Source: Akkermansia muciniphila
Lineage (GTDB): Bacteria > Verrucomicrobiota > Verrucomicrobiia > Limisphaerales > UBA9464
Assembly (NCBI GenBank): GCA_945900455.1
Contig: CAMDJH010000002.1
Location: forward strand, 688 to 64,687
Direction: 5' to 3'
Length of the DNA: 64,000 bases
Below the pieces are notes generated by a model. It was given only the letters and a program-made list of their open reading frames with translations. It made no database searches and was not told the origin of the DNA. Both the position numbers and the translations under genes were made by a program. Below are positions 9,912 through 19,144 of the stretch, one piece after another; the stretch's first letter is position 1; the number at the start of each line of letters is the position of its first letter.

Positions 9912-10739
9912 TTGCCTTTGGACAACGCTGCTCCCCGGCCAGAGACTGGGGCCGTGACAACTCACGTCATCGCCGTCGCCAATCAAAAAGGCGGAGTCGG
10001 CAAGACCACGACCTCCGTCAACTTGGCCGCCTGCCTGGCTGCCCAGGGGAAATCCGTGTTACTGGTGGATTTGGATTCACAGGCCAATGCCACCAGCGGC
10101 CTGGGGCTTGATAAAACCGAGGGGGGCAGTGTCTATCGACCCCTACTCGGCGAAGGTACTGCGATCGAACGGATCAAACCCACCGCCTACGCCAATTTGT
10201 CCGTCTTACCCAGTGAAATGGACCTCTGTGGAGCCGAGATCGAGTTGGCACGAACCGACGACTACATCAATCGACTCAAGAAAGTGCTGACGCCCGTCCG
10301 TGATTCAGGACGTTTTGAAATCGTTCTGCTTGATTGCGCGCCATCGCTGGGAATCCTCACCTTGAATTCCTTTGCCGCAGCGGACCATCTGATCATCCCG
10401 CTTCAATGCGAATACTACGCCCTGGAGGGGATCGCCATGATCACCCGGATTCTCAACCAGGTCCGCCAGACAGGCATCAATCCCGCCCTGGATGTGCTCG
10501 GGGTGGTCATGACCATGTTTGACGGCCGAACCAAGCTTTCGCAAAGCGTCGTCGCGGAAGTGCGTCAGCACTTTGGCGATACCGTGTTTGAAACCGTAAT
10601 TCCTCGGACCACCCGCCTTGCGGAGGCGCCCAGCTTCGGGAAGCCAATCATTCACTATGATCCCTACAGCGCGGGATCGTCCGCGTACGAAGTCCTCGCG
10701 GGAGAAGTCGTCGCCCGTCTGCAAAAGAAATCTGCCTGA
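9912..10739 (+). CDS. parA: ParA/Soj family partition ATPase
   Basis: Deviant Walker A (ANQKGGVGKTTT), LLVDLDSQANAT, and Walker B (VLLDCAPSLG). Confidence 0.9.
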   Translation: MPLDNAAPRPETGAVTTHVIAVANQKGGVGKTTTSVNLAACLAAQGKSVLLVDLDSQANATSGLGLDKTEGGSVYRPLLGEGTAIERIKPTAYANLSVLPSEMDLCGAEIELARTDDYINRLKKVLTPVRDSGRFEIVLLDCAPSLGILTLNSFAAADHLIIPLQCEYYALEGIAMITRILNQVRQTGINPALDVLGVVMTMFDGRTKLSQSVVAEVRQHFGDTVFETVIPRTTRLAEAPSFGKPIIHYDPYSAGSSAYEVLAGEVVARLQKKSA

Positions 10740-10815
10740 TCCCCGCTCACCGCCACGAAGGTTCTCGGAATCTCATTTGAAACCCGCGAGCCGTTGGTGA
10801 ATTGTTCGGCCGGAT

Positions 10816-12096
10816 ATGAACAACGCACTCGCCTCCACGTTACTTCTTCTGACAATCGTCCACCTCGGTGGAGCGGATTGGCCCGAATATCGGGGCCCTT
10901 CCCACGATGGACGGTCACCGGAACGAATCGCCCGTTCCTGGCCCAGCACCGGACCCCGTCAACTCTGGAAGATTCCGAGCCCGGGTGGTTTCAGCTCGTT
11001 CGTGATCGCCGACGGGCGGTGCTTTACCCTGGTGCTTCGTGACATCGAAGGCGCCAGCCGAGAGATGCTCAGCGCACTGGATGCGGACACGGGAAGGGAG
11101 CTCTGGGCGGCGACCCTCGGCGTCGCAAAGTATGATGGCGGCGGGGATGCCGGTGCGGACGGAAACAAGGGAGGCGATGGCCCTCGGTCGACTCCCGCCG
11201 TCGACGATGGCCGCGTCTACACGCTTTCCAGTCGGCTCCTCCTGCAATGCTTCGATGCAAAATCGGGCCAGACACTCTGGACTCACGATCTCGTCAAGGA
11301 ACACGGGGCACCGAGCCTCCGATGGGGGAATGCTCAATCTCCCGTCCTCGACGGCGACCGACTTTTCGTCGCAGGCGGCGGTCCGGGCGAATCGATTCTC
11401 GCCTTCAACAAGCGTGACGGATCCATCGTTTGGAAAGGATTTGACGAAAAGATGACTCACGCTACGGCCGTACCCACGACGATCCTTGGACGCCGTCAGG
11501 TAGTCTTTTTCGTGCAATCAGGCCTGCTGTCTGTCGATCCTGAGACCGGGAAGGAATTGTGGCGCCACGCCCACCCGTATAAGACATCCACGGCGGCCTC
11601 ACCGGTGATTGATGGCGATATCGTCTATTGTTCGGCCGGCTACACCGTGGGGGGATCGGCGGCGCGCATCACGCGATCCGGGGAAATCTGGACGGCAACC
11701 CGGTTATATTTCAAGGAAGGCAACAAGCCGCTGGCAAACCACTGGAGCACTCCGGTGCTAAAGGACGGTCACCTGTACGGCATGTTCCAATTTAAGGAAT
11801 TCGGTAACGGTCCGATGAAATGCGTGGACATTCGCACCGGGGACGTAAAGTGGGAACAGCCTGGTTTCGGGCCCGGAAACGTAATCTTGGTTGCCGACCA
11901 GGTGTTGGCCCTGTCCGATGACGGCCAGTTGGTGCTGATCGAGCCCACTCCCACCGGGTACAAGGAGAACGCGCGGGCGGACGTGCTGGGCGGGAAATGT
12001 TGGACCACCCCGGCAGTGAGTGGCGGCCGCGTGTTCGCACGAAGCACAACGGAGGCGGTGTGCCTCGATGTCCGGCCCGTGCCGGCCAGCAAGTGA
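10816..12096 (+). CDS. PQQ-like beta-propeller repeat protein (BamB-like fold), secreted
   Basis: Signal peptide followed by ADWPEYRGPSHDG. Repeated W/G-containing blade motifs. Paralog of 48290-49585. Confidence 0.72.
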   Translation: MNNALASTLLLLTIVHLGGADWPEYRGPSHDGRSPERIARSWPSTGPRQLWKIPSPGGFSSFVIADGRCFTLVLRDIEGASREMLSALDADTGRELWAATLGVAKYDGGGDAGADGNKGGDGPRSTPAVDDGRVYTLSSRLLLQCFDAKSGQTLWTHDLVKEHGAPSLRWGNAQSPVLDGDRLFVAGGGPGESILAFNKRDGSIVWKGFDEKMTHATAVPTTILGRRQVVFFVQSGLLSVDPETGKELWRHAHPYKTSTAASPVIDGDIVYCSAGYTVGGSAARITRSGEIWTATRLYFKEGNKPLANHWSTPVLKDGHLYGMFQFKEFGNGPMKCVDIRTGDVKWEQPGFGPGNVILVADQVLALSDDGQLVLIEPTPTGYKENARADVLGGKCWTTPAVSGGRVFARSTTEAVCLDVRPVPASK

Positions 12097-12209
12097 AAAT
12101 TGCATGACGGGCGTAGCCGCCTCGGGCACTTATGCACCGGATCACGAATCCCTGGCTTAGGATGGTGAAAACCGGATTCACTCAATAGCCAAACCTATAA
12201 TTTTTTCCG

Positions 12210-12710
12210 ATGGGCGACCTGCCATTGATCGTCCGAGTGCCCATTTGGGTGGCAATCGCCCTGGGTCTGTGGGCGTGCCTTGCGCCGGGTAGGTTGGCGC
12301 GAACTCTGTGGCTAATCGGTGGTGCCGCCTACCTGATTCATGTAGCCGCGGTGTTTCACACTCTCCATCATTGGAGTCACTCCACGGCCCTCGCTCATAC
12401 GGCCGGAATGACCCGCGACGTTACCGGCTGGAGTGCCGCCTTTGGGCTCTATATCAACTACGCGTTTACCGCAGCGTGGATTGCGTATGCCATCGCGGGC
12501 TACCTTGGACCCTTGCCCCGGTGGATTCGCCGGATTTGGTGCGGATGGTTTCTTTTCATGGGGTTCAATGGCGGTATTATATTCGTGTTGAATCCCCTTC
12601 GTTGGCTCGGAATTGCACTGTTCACTTTGTTTGGACTGGCGGTAACCGTGCGCCACGTTCGCAAGTCAAAAACGTCGACCGGAGGCCCATCGACTCCCTC
12701 CAGTTCATGA
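12210..12710 (+). CDS. Hypothetical 4-5 TM membrane protein
   Basis: 166-aa ORF with clear hydrophobic helices. Its stop overlaps the next start (ATGA at 12707-12710). Confidence 0.45.
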   Translation: MGDLPLIVRVPIWVAIALGLWACLAPGRLARTLWLIGGAAYLIHVAAVFHTLHHWSHSTALAHTAGMTRDVTGWSAAFGLYINYAFTAAWIAYAIAGYLGPLPRWIRRIWCGWFLFMGFNGGIIFVLNPLRWLGIALFTLFGLAVTVRHVRKSKTSTGGPSTPSSS

Positions 12711-13426
12711 CAGGCACCTGGATTAATGTGGCCGGAATCATCGTGGGTGGGATCGCGGGCCTAACCATTGCTCGAAACCTCTCGACTGCCGCGCAGTTGC
12801 GCCTTCGGACAGTTCTGGCTGTCCTCGTCGTCTATATCGGGCTCAAGACGACTTGGGATGGCATCAATGGCTCCTTCGGGCACGTACTGAAGCAATTTGG
12901 AATTTCAATCCTTTCTATTTCCCTCGGCAGCTTTACAGGCCACCTGATTGGATTACAGCGAGGAGTCAATCGCCTGGGGAAACTCGCGGCAGCACGGTTT
13001 AAACCAACCGGGGATCCCACCGCACGCCCGGCGACGGACGGCTTTGTCACGGCCACGCTCGTGTATTGCGTTGGGCCAATGGCAGTTCTGGGATCCCTGG
13101 CAGATGGCCTGCGAGGCGACTGGAAAACCCTGGCGATTAAGGGGGTGCTCGACGGTCTAGGTACGCTTGGCTTTGTGGCGACGTTCGGCTGGCCCGTGAT
13201 GTTATCTGCGATACCGGTTCTTGCGTATCAGGGAACGATCACCCTTGCGGCCCGCGAACTTTCCCCCTGGTTGGAGGATCCGGCGTTGCTGGATGCTTTC
13301 AGTGCGACCGGCGGGCTCCTCCTGACCACGATTTCGCTCACCATTCTGGAATTGCGCAAAGTGCCTCTGGCGAACTATCTCCCGGCTCTGGTATATGCTC
13401 CGATGCTGACAGCGTGGTGGCGGTAA
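12707..13426 (+). CDS. DUF554 family membrane protein
   Basis: N-terminus MTGTWINVAGIIVGG and central TLVYCVGPMAVLGSLADGLRGDWKTLAIKGVLDG match the DUF554 signature. Start taken at ATG 12707 inside track ORF 12308-13426. Confidence 0.78.
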   Translation: MTGTWINVAGIIVGGIAGLTIARNLSTAAQLRLRTVLAVLVVYIGLKTTWDGINGSFGHVLKQFGISILSISLGSFTGHLIGLQRGVNRLGKLAAARFKPTGDPTARPATDGFVTATLVYCVGPMAVLGSLADGLRGDWKTLAIKGVLDGLGTLGFVATFGWPVMLSAIPVLAYQGTITLAARELSPWLEDPALLDAFSATGGLLLTTISLTILELRKVPLANYLPALVYAPMLTAWWR

Positions 13427-13588
13427 CGGCGGTCGCTGGCGAGCAAGTCGCCCACGGATCTGGCTCGCCGGCACCTCCCAACACGGTTACGCAGAGTTAT
13501 TTCTGCGGCAACAGTGAATGCCATGAGCATGGGCTCATTTGGGAAGATTGGCGCCTCGTGCAGTGGCAGCGAGAAAAAGCCGGCACAA

Positions 13589-15829
13589 TCAACCGCGTGC
13601 TGTATCCGCTGCGTAACCCGTGATCCTCGAATGCATCGCCCGGGCGAGGTCTCCGCGCGGCCCACCCGATTCGTTGATCAGTTTCTCGAATCCAACCTGG
13701 GTCGTCACCAACAGCTTCGCTCCCAATGGCGAAACCACCCGAACTGTGGCCATTCTCGGACGAGCCTCCAGCAGCCCCACTTCCCCAAAATATTCACCGG
13801 AATGCAATGTCGCCACCGGGCGGTCTTCGCCACCGGCATCGCGCTGCGTGACACGGACTTCCCCTTCGATCAGAATAAAGAACCGATCCGCCGGCTCGCC
13901 TTCACGAATCAGAACTTCGTCGGGGACCGCCTGAAGTTGATCGAAGTATGGCAGCGCTTGGGTGGCGTTGCCCGCGCGAAACTTGGGGAGTGCCGCCATC
14001 AACGCGTCGGCCACCAACCGCTTGTTCACCACCCGGACCAATTCGTCACTGACAAAATCGTTCGTGGCCAGCAATTCGAGAAAGGTTTCCCGACTCAAGA
14101 CCAGCACCTCGACGCCTCCCGGCCCACCGCGAACGGTCGCGTTTCGTTTCGCATTTTGAATCAAACCAATCTCGCCAAAATAGTGCTGAACGGTAAGTCG
14201 CGCGAGCACCTGCGAGTCCAGTTCACCGCCCGCCGCTCGCGAAACCCGCACTTCGCCCCGGACAATCACGTAAAATGCGTCGGCGATGTCTCCTTCGGCA
14301 ATAATCGTCTCATTCTCAGCAAATTCCCGCCGGACAGCTTGATCCAACAGACGACGCACATCGGGATGTTCGGCTCCCGAAAATTCGGCCAAAATCTGGT
14401 CTTCATTTCGCCATCCATCGGTTGGCTGGCGATCCGTATCGATCCGGTGTCCAAGCACTTTTAATCGGAACTGACTGTCAGGGCCCGGCAACGGCTTGAC
14501 TTTGATCTTCAAACGGTAATCCGGGGGACTCTTTTCCAGGCGGAGCTCGTGGAGCAGGGTCGCCACCAGGGTCATAGCCATGGTCTCCACCATGCCCATG
14601 GCAGCACAGGTCCGGTGGGCGATTCCGAACGGGTGAAACGCGTCATTTTTCCCGTGCTCATTTCGAGGTGGGAGACAGCGCGCGGGATCAAACGTGTCCG
14701 GGTTCTTGAACGGTGTTTCCGAGAAGGCCATGGGCACCTGCGACAGGACGACGAGATCTCCCCGCTGGATTTGCTTCCCTTCCACGACGAAATCGCGCTC
14801 GCACAGGAACGGCATGCCCTGCGAAACGGGGTGGTAGCGCAGATTCTCGAGATACGTCGCGCGCAGCAGCTTCATCTGGCGCAGGTCGGCCGCGTCGTGG
14901 ACTCCCTGGCCAAAATGCGCGTCAACTTCCGCCGTCAGTTCCTGGCGCAGCTCCGGCCGGGATAGAATTTCATACAATAAAAATCCAATGAGCCGGCTCA
15001 TATAACAGCAGCTGCCGGCAAAGCCATAGCTGGCATAGCTCACCGCCGCATCGTCGTTAAACGACTCTCCCAAATCATCCCGAACCGCAAAGATCGTGTC
15101 CAGGATCGTCGGCGGATCCCCGGACGGGATGCCCGTCTTCCGGCGCTCACGAACCAGCCCCCACATCAATTCGAGCAATCGCCGTCGCGAACCCTGATAC
15201 CAGGGCATTCGGTAGAACCAGAAGGGCCAGATCCTCCCTCCGATATTCATGTTCCAGTTCATGATTCGCAGGATATCATCGTAATTCTTGGCCAACGACC
15301 GACCGCAAACGATCTGCGAATACATCTCGAACCCCAACCGTTCCGCCAAGTCCATGACCTCGTGAGTCGATCCCTCCCGCCAATCGCGAACGTGCTGGCG
15401 AACGATCGCAATGAGCTGAGGCACATGGCCTGAAGCAACTTCCCGGGAATAGACGGTATGCAGGACCCGCCGCAGGCGCTGATGGGACTCTCCACTGAGA
15501 CCCAGGATTACGGGCGAATCCCCGAGCTGCTGTCCCACTTTCTCAAAGACTGCCTTCCGCGAGAGATAGACGTCGTCCTGATGTTCCTTCAGGAACTTTC
15601 GCGCGGGAAATCCGGAGATGACCGAGTATTTCAGCCATAACGCGCGCAAGCGAAACACGGGCCCTAATTCGTCATGAGAACGCCGCAGCAAGGTGGTCGT
15701 ATTCTCCAGAAACTGGAACGTGTTTCCGAAAAATGGACATCCCTTGGCCAAAGGGGGCAAGGGAGCCGATGGACGGTTCGATCCCTGTTCTTCCGGACGG
15801 TTTGGGGGGCTTTCGCTCATAGAAGTCAC
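13589..15829 (-). CDS. Cytochrome P450 fused to two C-terminal cyclic-nucleotide-binding domains
   Basis: ExxR (ENLR) and haem-thiolate loop FHPFGIAHRTCAAMG. Two CNB barrels with phosphate-binding cassettes FGEIGLIQNAKRNATV and FGEVGLLEARPRMATV. Single uninterrupted 746-codon ORF. Confidence 0.8.
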   Translation of the reverse strand: MTSMSESPPNRPEEQGSNRPSAPLPPLAKGCPFFGNTFQFLENTTTLLRRSHDELGPVFRLRALWLKYSVISGFPARKFLKEHQDDVYLSRKAVFEKVGQQLGDSPVILGLSGESHQRLRRVLHTVYSREVASGHVPQLIAIVRQHVRDWREGSTHEVMDLAERLGFEMYSQIVCGRSLAKNYDDILRIMNWNMNIGGRIWPFWFYRMPWYQGSRRRLLELMWGLVRERRKTGIPSGDPPTILDTIFAVRDDLGESFNDDAAVSYASYGFAGSCCYMSRLIGFLLYEILSRPELRQELTAEVDAHFGQGVHDAADLRQMKLLRATYLENLRYHPVSQGMPFLCERDFVVEGKQIQRGDLVVLSQVPMAFSETPFKNPDTFDPARCLPPRNEHGKNDAFHPFGIAHRTCAAMGMVETMAMTLVATLLHELRLEKSPPDYRLKIKVKPLPGPDSQFRLKVLGHRIDTDRQPTDGWRNEDQILAEFSGAEHPDVRRLLDQAVRREFAENETIIAEGDIADAFYVIVRGEVRVSRAAGGELDSQVLARLTVQHYFGEIGLIQNAKRNATVRGGPGGVEVLVLSRETFLELLATNDFVSDELVRVVNKRLVADALMAALPKFRAGNATQALPYFDQLQAVPDEVLIREGEPADRFFILIEGEVRVTQRDAGGEDRPVATLHSGEYFGEVGLLEARPRMATVRVVSPLGAKLLVTTQVGFEKLINESGGPRGDLARAMHSRITGYAADTARG

Positions 15830-15940
15830 TTTATTTCAATTCTTCAGTAGTGCCCCATGGCTCCCCCGGAGTGTCCATCCACCGAACCCGGGGGCAACGC
15901 CGTAAGCAATCGGTTTTTGTCTCTCCGGGATTCACTTCGT

Positions 15941-16681
15941 TCAAGGTGACGGCAGGTAGTACCAGTCCGTTTTTCCGTTTGCGCCTTTGGACATGATACT
16001 CCAACGGGTCATCGTAACATGCCCATCCGCCCAGGCATAATTTCCACCCGTGCCATGGCGGATATAGCGAAAGAGGGGATTGTTGGCACTGGGCGGATAC
16101 AAATACCCGTAGTTCCACCACTCCAATCCTTTGGTTGGATCCAGGCCATCGCCATTCATGCAGGTATCGGAGGGTCTGGTGATGATGGTCGATTTTACGT
16201 GATCGAACTGGGTGTAACCCAGATAGGCGTAGTTATGGCCATATCCGCCATAACCTTGATATCCAGGCACGCTTGCTGGGATGATATTTGTCCCCAACTT
16301 CGCCGACGGGCATGCCACGACTTTGCTGGTGGCGACCAAGTTTGTGAAGTTTGTGCTCGCTGTAGAAATGTAAGGCGAAATTTCGAGAAACCACCGACTG
16401 GGAGCGACCCATCCCGAGCCGGGCGGGGCTTCCGTTCCAGCGACCGGAAGGTAATCGGACTGGTCCCCGGCGTACAGCATGTAGCCCAAGGCGATCTGTT
16501 TCTCATTGCTGGTGCACTTGATCATGTTCGCCTTCATCTTCGCCCGGGAAAGCGCGGGTAACAGCATCCCAGCGAGGATCGCGATGATGGCAATCACCAC
16601 GAGGAGTTCTATCAGAGTAAACCCGAAGGCTTCTCGGTGCAGTTTTACGTCGGCGAACATTTTCATGCGGGTTTGTGCCAT
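15941..16681 (-). CDS. Prepilin-type N-terminal cleavage/methylation domain protein, H-X9-DG (DUF1559-like) family
   Basis: GFTLIELLVVIAIIAILAGMLLPAL pilin-like N-terminus and C-terminal HGTGGNYAWADGHV (H-X9-DG-like). Confidence 0.8.
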   Translation of the reverse strand: MAQTRMKMFADVKLHREAFGFTLIELLVVIAIIAILAGMLLPALSRAKMKANMIKCTSNEKQIALGYMLYAGDQSDYLPVAGTEAPPGSGWVAPSRWFLEISPYISTASTNFTNLVATSKVVACPSAKLGTNIIPASVPGYQGYGGYGHNYAYLGYTQFDHVKSTIITRPSDTCMNGDGLDPTKGLEWWNYGYLYPPSANNPLFRYIRHGTGGNYAWADGHVTMTRWSIMSKGANGKTDWYYLPSP

Positions 16682-16786
16682 GGCCTATCGCAATTCGCTT
16701 TCCGTATTCCTGTCAATTGATAAGAAACCGGCATGCTCTCTCAATTTCTATTCGGCATTTTCCCGACGGCTGGCTAAGTTGCGGGC

Positions 16787-19144
16787 GTGTTTCACCAATT
16801 TCTCCCTCCTGCCATCCGGCTTGCTGTTCCCGGAGTGCTGGTGATTCTTGCCGCGAGTCCTCTGGTGGGGCAATCCGTTGCTCGCCTCGACCCCCTCCTT
16901 CCCGGCTGGTTTCAGCGCGGCACGACCAATGAAATCGTGTTGCACGGCGAAAATCTGCGTGCGGTGCAATCGATTCGATTCAGCGGTGCTCCCGGCGTTA
17001 CGGCCAGCCTTGTTCCTGTCACGCCTCCGACCGTTCGATTAGAATCCTCCAACGGCGGGTTGACCGCGTCCGCGACCCCCGATGGAAAGGAAGTTCGGAT
17101 CCGGCTCCAGCTCGCGGCGGACGCCCCTTTGGGCTCCCGGGAATTGCGAACGGTCGGACCGAATGGATTCTCCAATCCTCTGACCATTCAACTGAGCGAC
17201 GTGCTGGAGTTGGTCGAACAACCTGGGACCACGGCCAAGAACACCGCGCCCGCCCTTCCCGTGCCCTGCGCGGTCAGCGGTGTCATTTCCCAAACGATCG
17301 AGGCCGACTGGTACCGCTTCGCCGGGTCGAAAGGGCAGCAAGTCCTCCTCGATGTGCAGGCGAACCGGTTCGGCTCGCGCCTGGATGCCACCCTGGTGGT
17401 CTATGACACGGCGGGCCGCGAACTTGGCCGTAGCGAGGATGCACACGGACTCGATCCGTTCTTGGAATTTGCTGTACCGTCCACCGGTGACTATTTCATC
17501 CGTCTCCAAGACGTCCGATTTCAAGGCAGCGGCCAGCATCGGTATCGAATGGTTCTCGGAGAACTTCCTTATCTCGAAGCGATCTTTCCATACGGCGGCC
17601 GGCGAGGAACGACCGTCTCACTCCAACTGGATGGCCGCCATCTCGATGGCGTGGACCGGATGCAGGTGTCCGTGGCCACCACCGCACCCTCCGGCACCCA
17701 GGACATCCGGTTACAAACGCGCCGCGGCTACTCCAACCCGCAACTCTTCGAAGCCGGCGATCTTCCAGAAATCGGCGAAATCGAGCCGAACAATCAGCCC
17801 GACTCGGCAAACCGGATCCAGATTCCGATCACGATCAATGCGCGAATTGGCGCCGACGCGGATACCGATCACTACCGCTTCACGTCGCCCTCGGATCAGC
17901 GCTGGATCTTGGAAGTTGGCGCCCGCCGTTTCGGTTCGCCGATGGACTCTCTCTTGGTGCTCATGGACCGTACCGGCAAGATTATTTCGCAGAACGACGA
18001 CGACGCCGGACCCGATGCCCGCATCGAGGCTGATTTAAAAAAGGATCAAGAATACGTCGTCGGAGTTCGCGATCTGACGGATCGCGGCGGGTCACGATTC
18101 GGCTACCGACTGACCATCAGGCCGTCTGTTGTGGAACCTGACTTTGGAGTTCGGATTTCCGATTCACGCTACCGATTGGCAGCGGGAGGGCACCTGGCGG
18201 TTCGGTGTGAACTCGACCGAAGGAATGGTTTTGCATCGGTCGTTCGGGTCGAAGCGGAGTCCTTGCCGACCGGTGTCACTTGCATACCCGCCATGTTTTC
18301 GCCGGAAAGCCCCGCGATGGCCTGGCTGATCCTGACCGCGGCGCCCAATGTTCCGCCGGGGCATCATGACCTGGCGGTTGTTGCCACCGGCGATCGGGAC
18401 GGGAAGCGACTTCGTCGAAGTCTGCAAGCTCAGTCGAATTTCCTCAGTATTATCCCTAAGCTACCCTTCGCGATGGACGCGCTGACGCCGATGGTCGAGC
18501 TCGACCAAAACGGGAGTGCCAGCCTTGACGTTCAGGTCACCCGATCGTCGGAGTTCTCCGGTGACGTCAAGGTCTTCGCCGAAGAACTGCCGGGCCTGAA
18601 TCTGCCTCCGATCACCATCCCCGCAGGACAATCTAGCGGCCGGTTCCAACTATCGGCAGGCAATAACAGTGAGGTATCCACACGGTGGCTCATGCTTTTC
18701 GCCATGGCACGGGTGGACGGACAAGATTTTACTGTTTATGCGCCGACCCCGGTGCCCGTGCGGACCAGGGCGATTCCTTTCTTTCTTGCCACGGCTCAGC
18801 CTCGTCTCTCCGTCACCGCTCTGCCCGTTGAACGGAAATCTCCGGCGGCCGCGGCGGAGTTGATCATTAAGATCGATCGCCGCGTCGGATTTACCAATGC
18901 GATCGAAACCTCGGTGGAAGGAATTCCCAACGGTGTGCAATTCAGCCTCGACCCCGTGGCAGCGAATTCCCGGGAAACTGTTCTGAAGCTGCTCGCGACG
19001 GAAAAGGCCCCCTCCGGGAAGGAGTTCGATTTGGTGATCACCGGGATGGCGATCCATCAGCAACGGCAATTTAAACTGAAATCCTCCGCGGTAAAACTCC
19101 TCATCGCGGCACCCGACGCGGAAACAGCTGCGGTCACAAAATGA
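16787..19144 (+). CDS. Secreted protein with repeated pre-peptidase C-terminal (PPC)-like domains
   Basis: Signal peptide present. Two units of the DWYRF/DHYRF ... G-S-x-L/MD-[AS]-x-L-V-[LV] ... D/E ... type are characteristic of PPC beta-sandwich domains. GTG start. Confidence 0.5.
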   Translation: MFHQFLPPAIRLAVPGVLVILAASPLVGQSVARLDPLLPGWFQRGTTNEIVLHGENLRAVQSIRFSGAPGVTASLVPVTPPTVRLESSNGGLTASATPDGKEVRIRLQLAADAPLGSRELRTVGPNGFSNPLTIQLSDVLELVEQPGTTAKNTAPALPVPCAVSGVISQTIEADWYRFAGSKGQQVLLDVQANRFGSRLDATLVVYDTAGRELGRSEDAHGLDPFLEFAVPSTGDYFIRLQDVRFQGSGQHRYRMVLGELPYLEAIFPYGGRRGTTVSLQLDGRHLDGVDRMQVSVATTAPSGTQDIRLQTRRGYSNPQLFEAGDLPEIGEIEPNNQPDSANRIQIPITINARIGADADTDHYRFTSPSDQRWILEVGARRFGSPMDSLLVLMDRTGKIISQNDDDAGPDARIEADLKKDQEYVVGVRDLTDRGGSRFGYRLTIRPSVVEPDFGVRISDSRYRLAAGGHLAVRCELDRRNGFASVVRVEAESLPTGVTCIPAMFSPESPAMAWLILTAAPNVPPGHHDLAVVATGDRDGKRLRRSLQAQSNFLSIIPKLPFAMDALTPMVELDQNGSASLDVQVTRSSEFSGDVKVFAEELPGLNLPPITIPAGQSSGRFQLSAGNNSEVSTRWLMLFAMARVDGQDFTVYAPTPVPVRTRAIPFFLATAQPRLSVTALPVERKSPAAAAELIIKIDRRVGFTNAIETSVEGIPNGVQFSLDPVAANSRETVLKLLATEKAPSGKEFDLVITGMAIHQQRQFKLKSSAVKLLIAAPDAETAAVTK

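Noticed and set aside
12308-12706. The 133-codon N-terminal extension of the DUF554 ORF.
   Set aside because: It is Arg/Cys/Ser-rich with no TM segment. It fully overlaps the better membrane ORF 12210-12710 in another frame. The family N-terminus MTGTWINVAG starts at ATG 12707 with an ATGA overlap.
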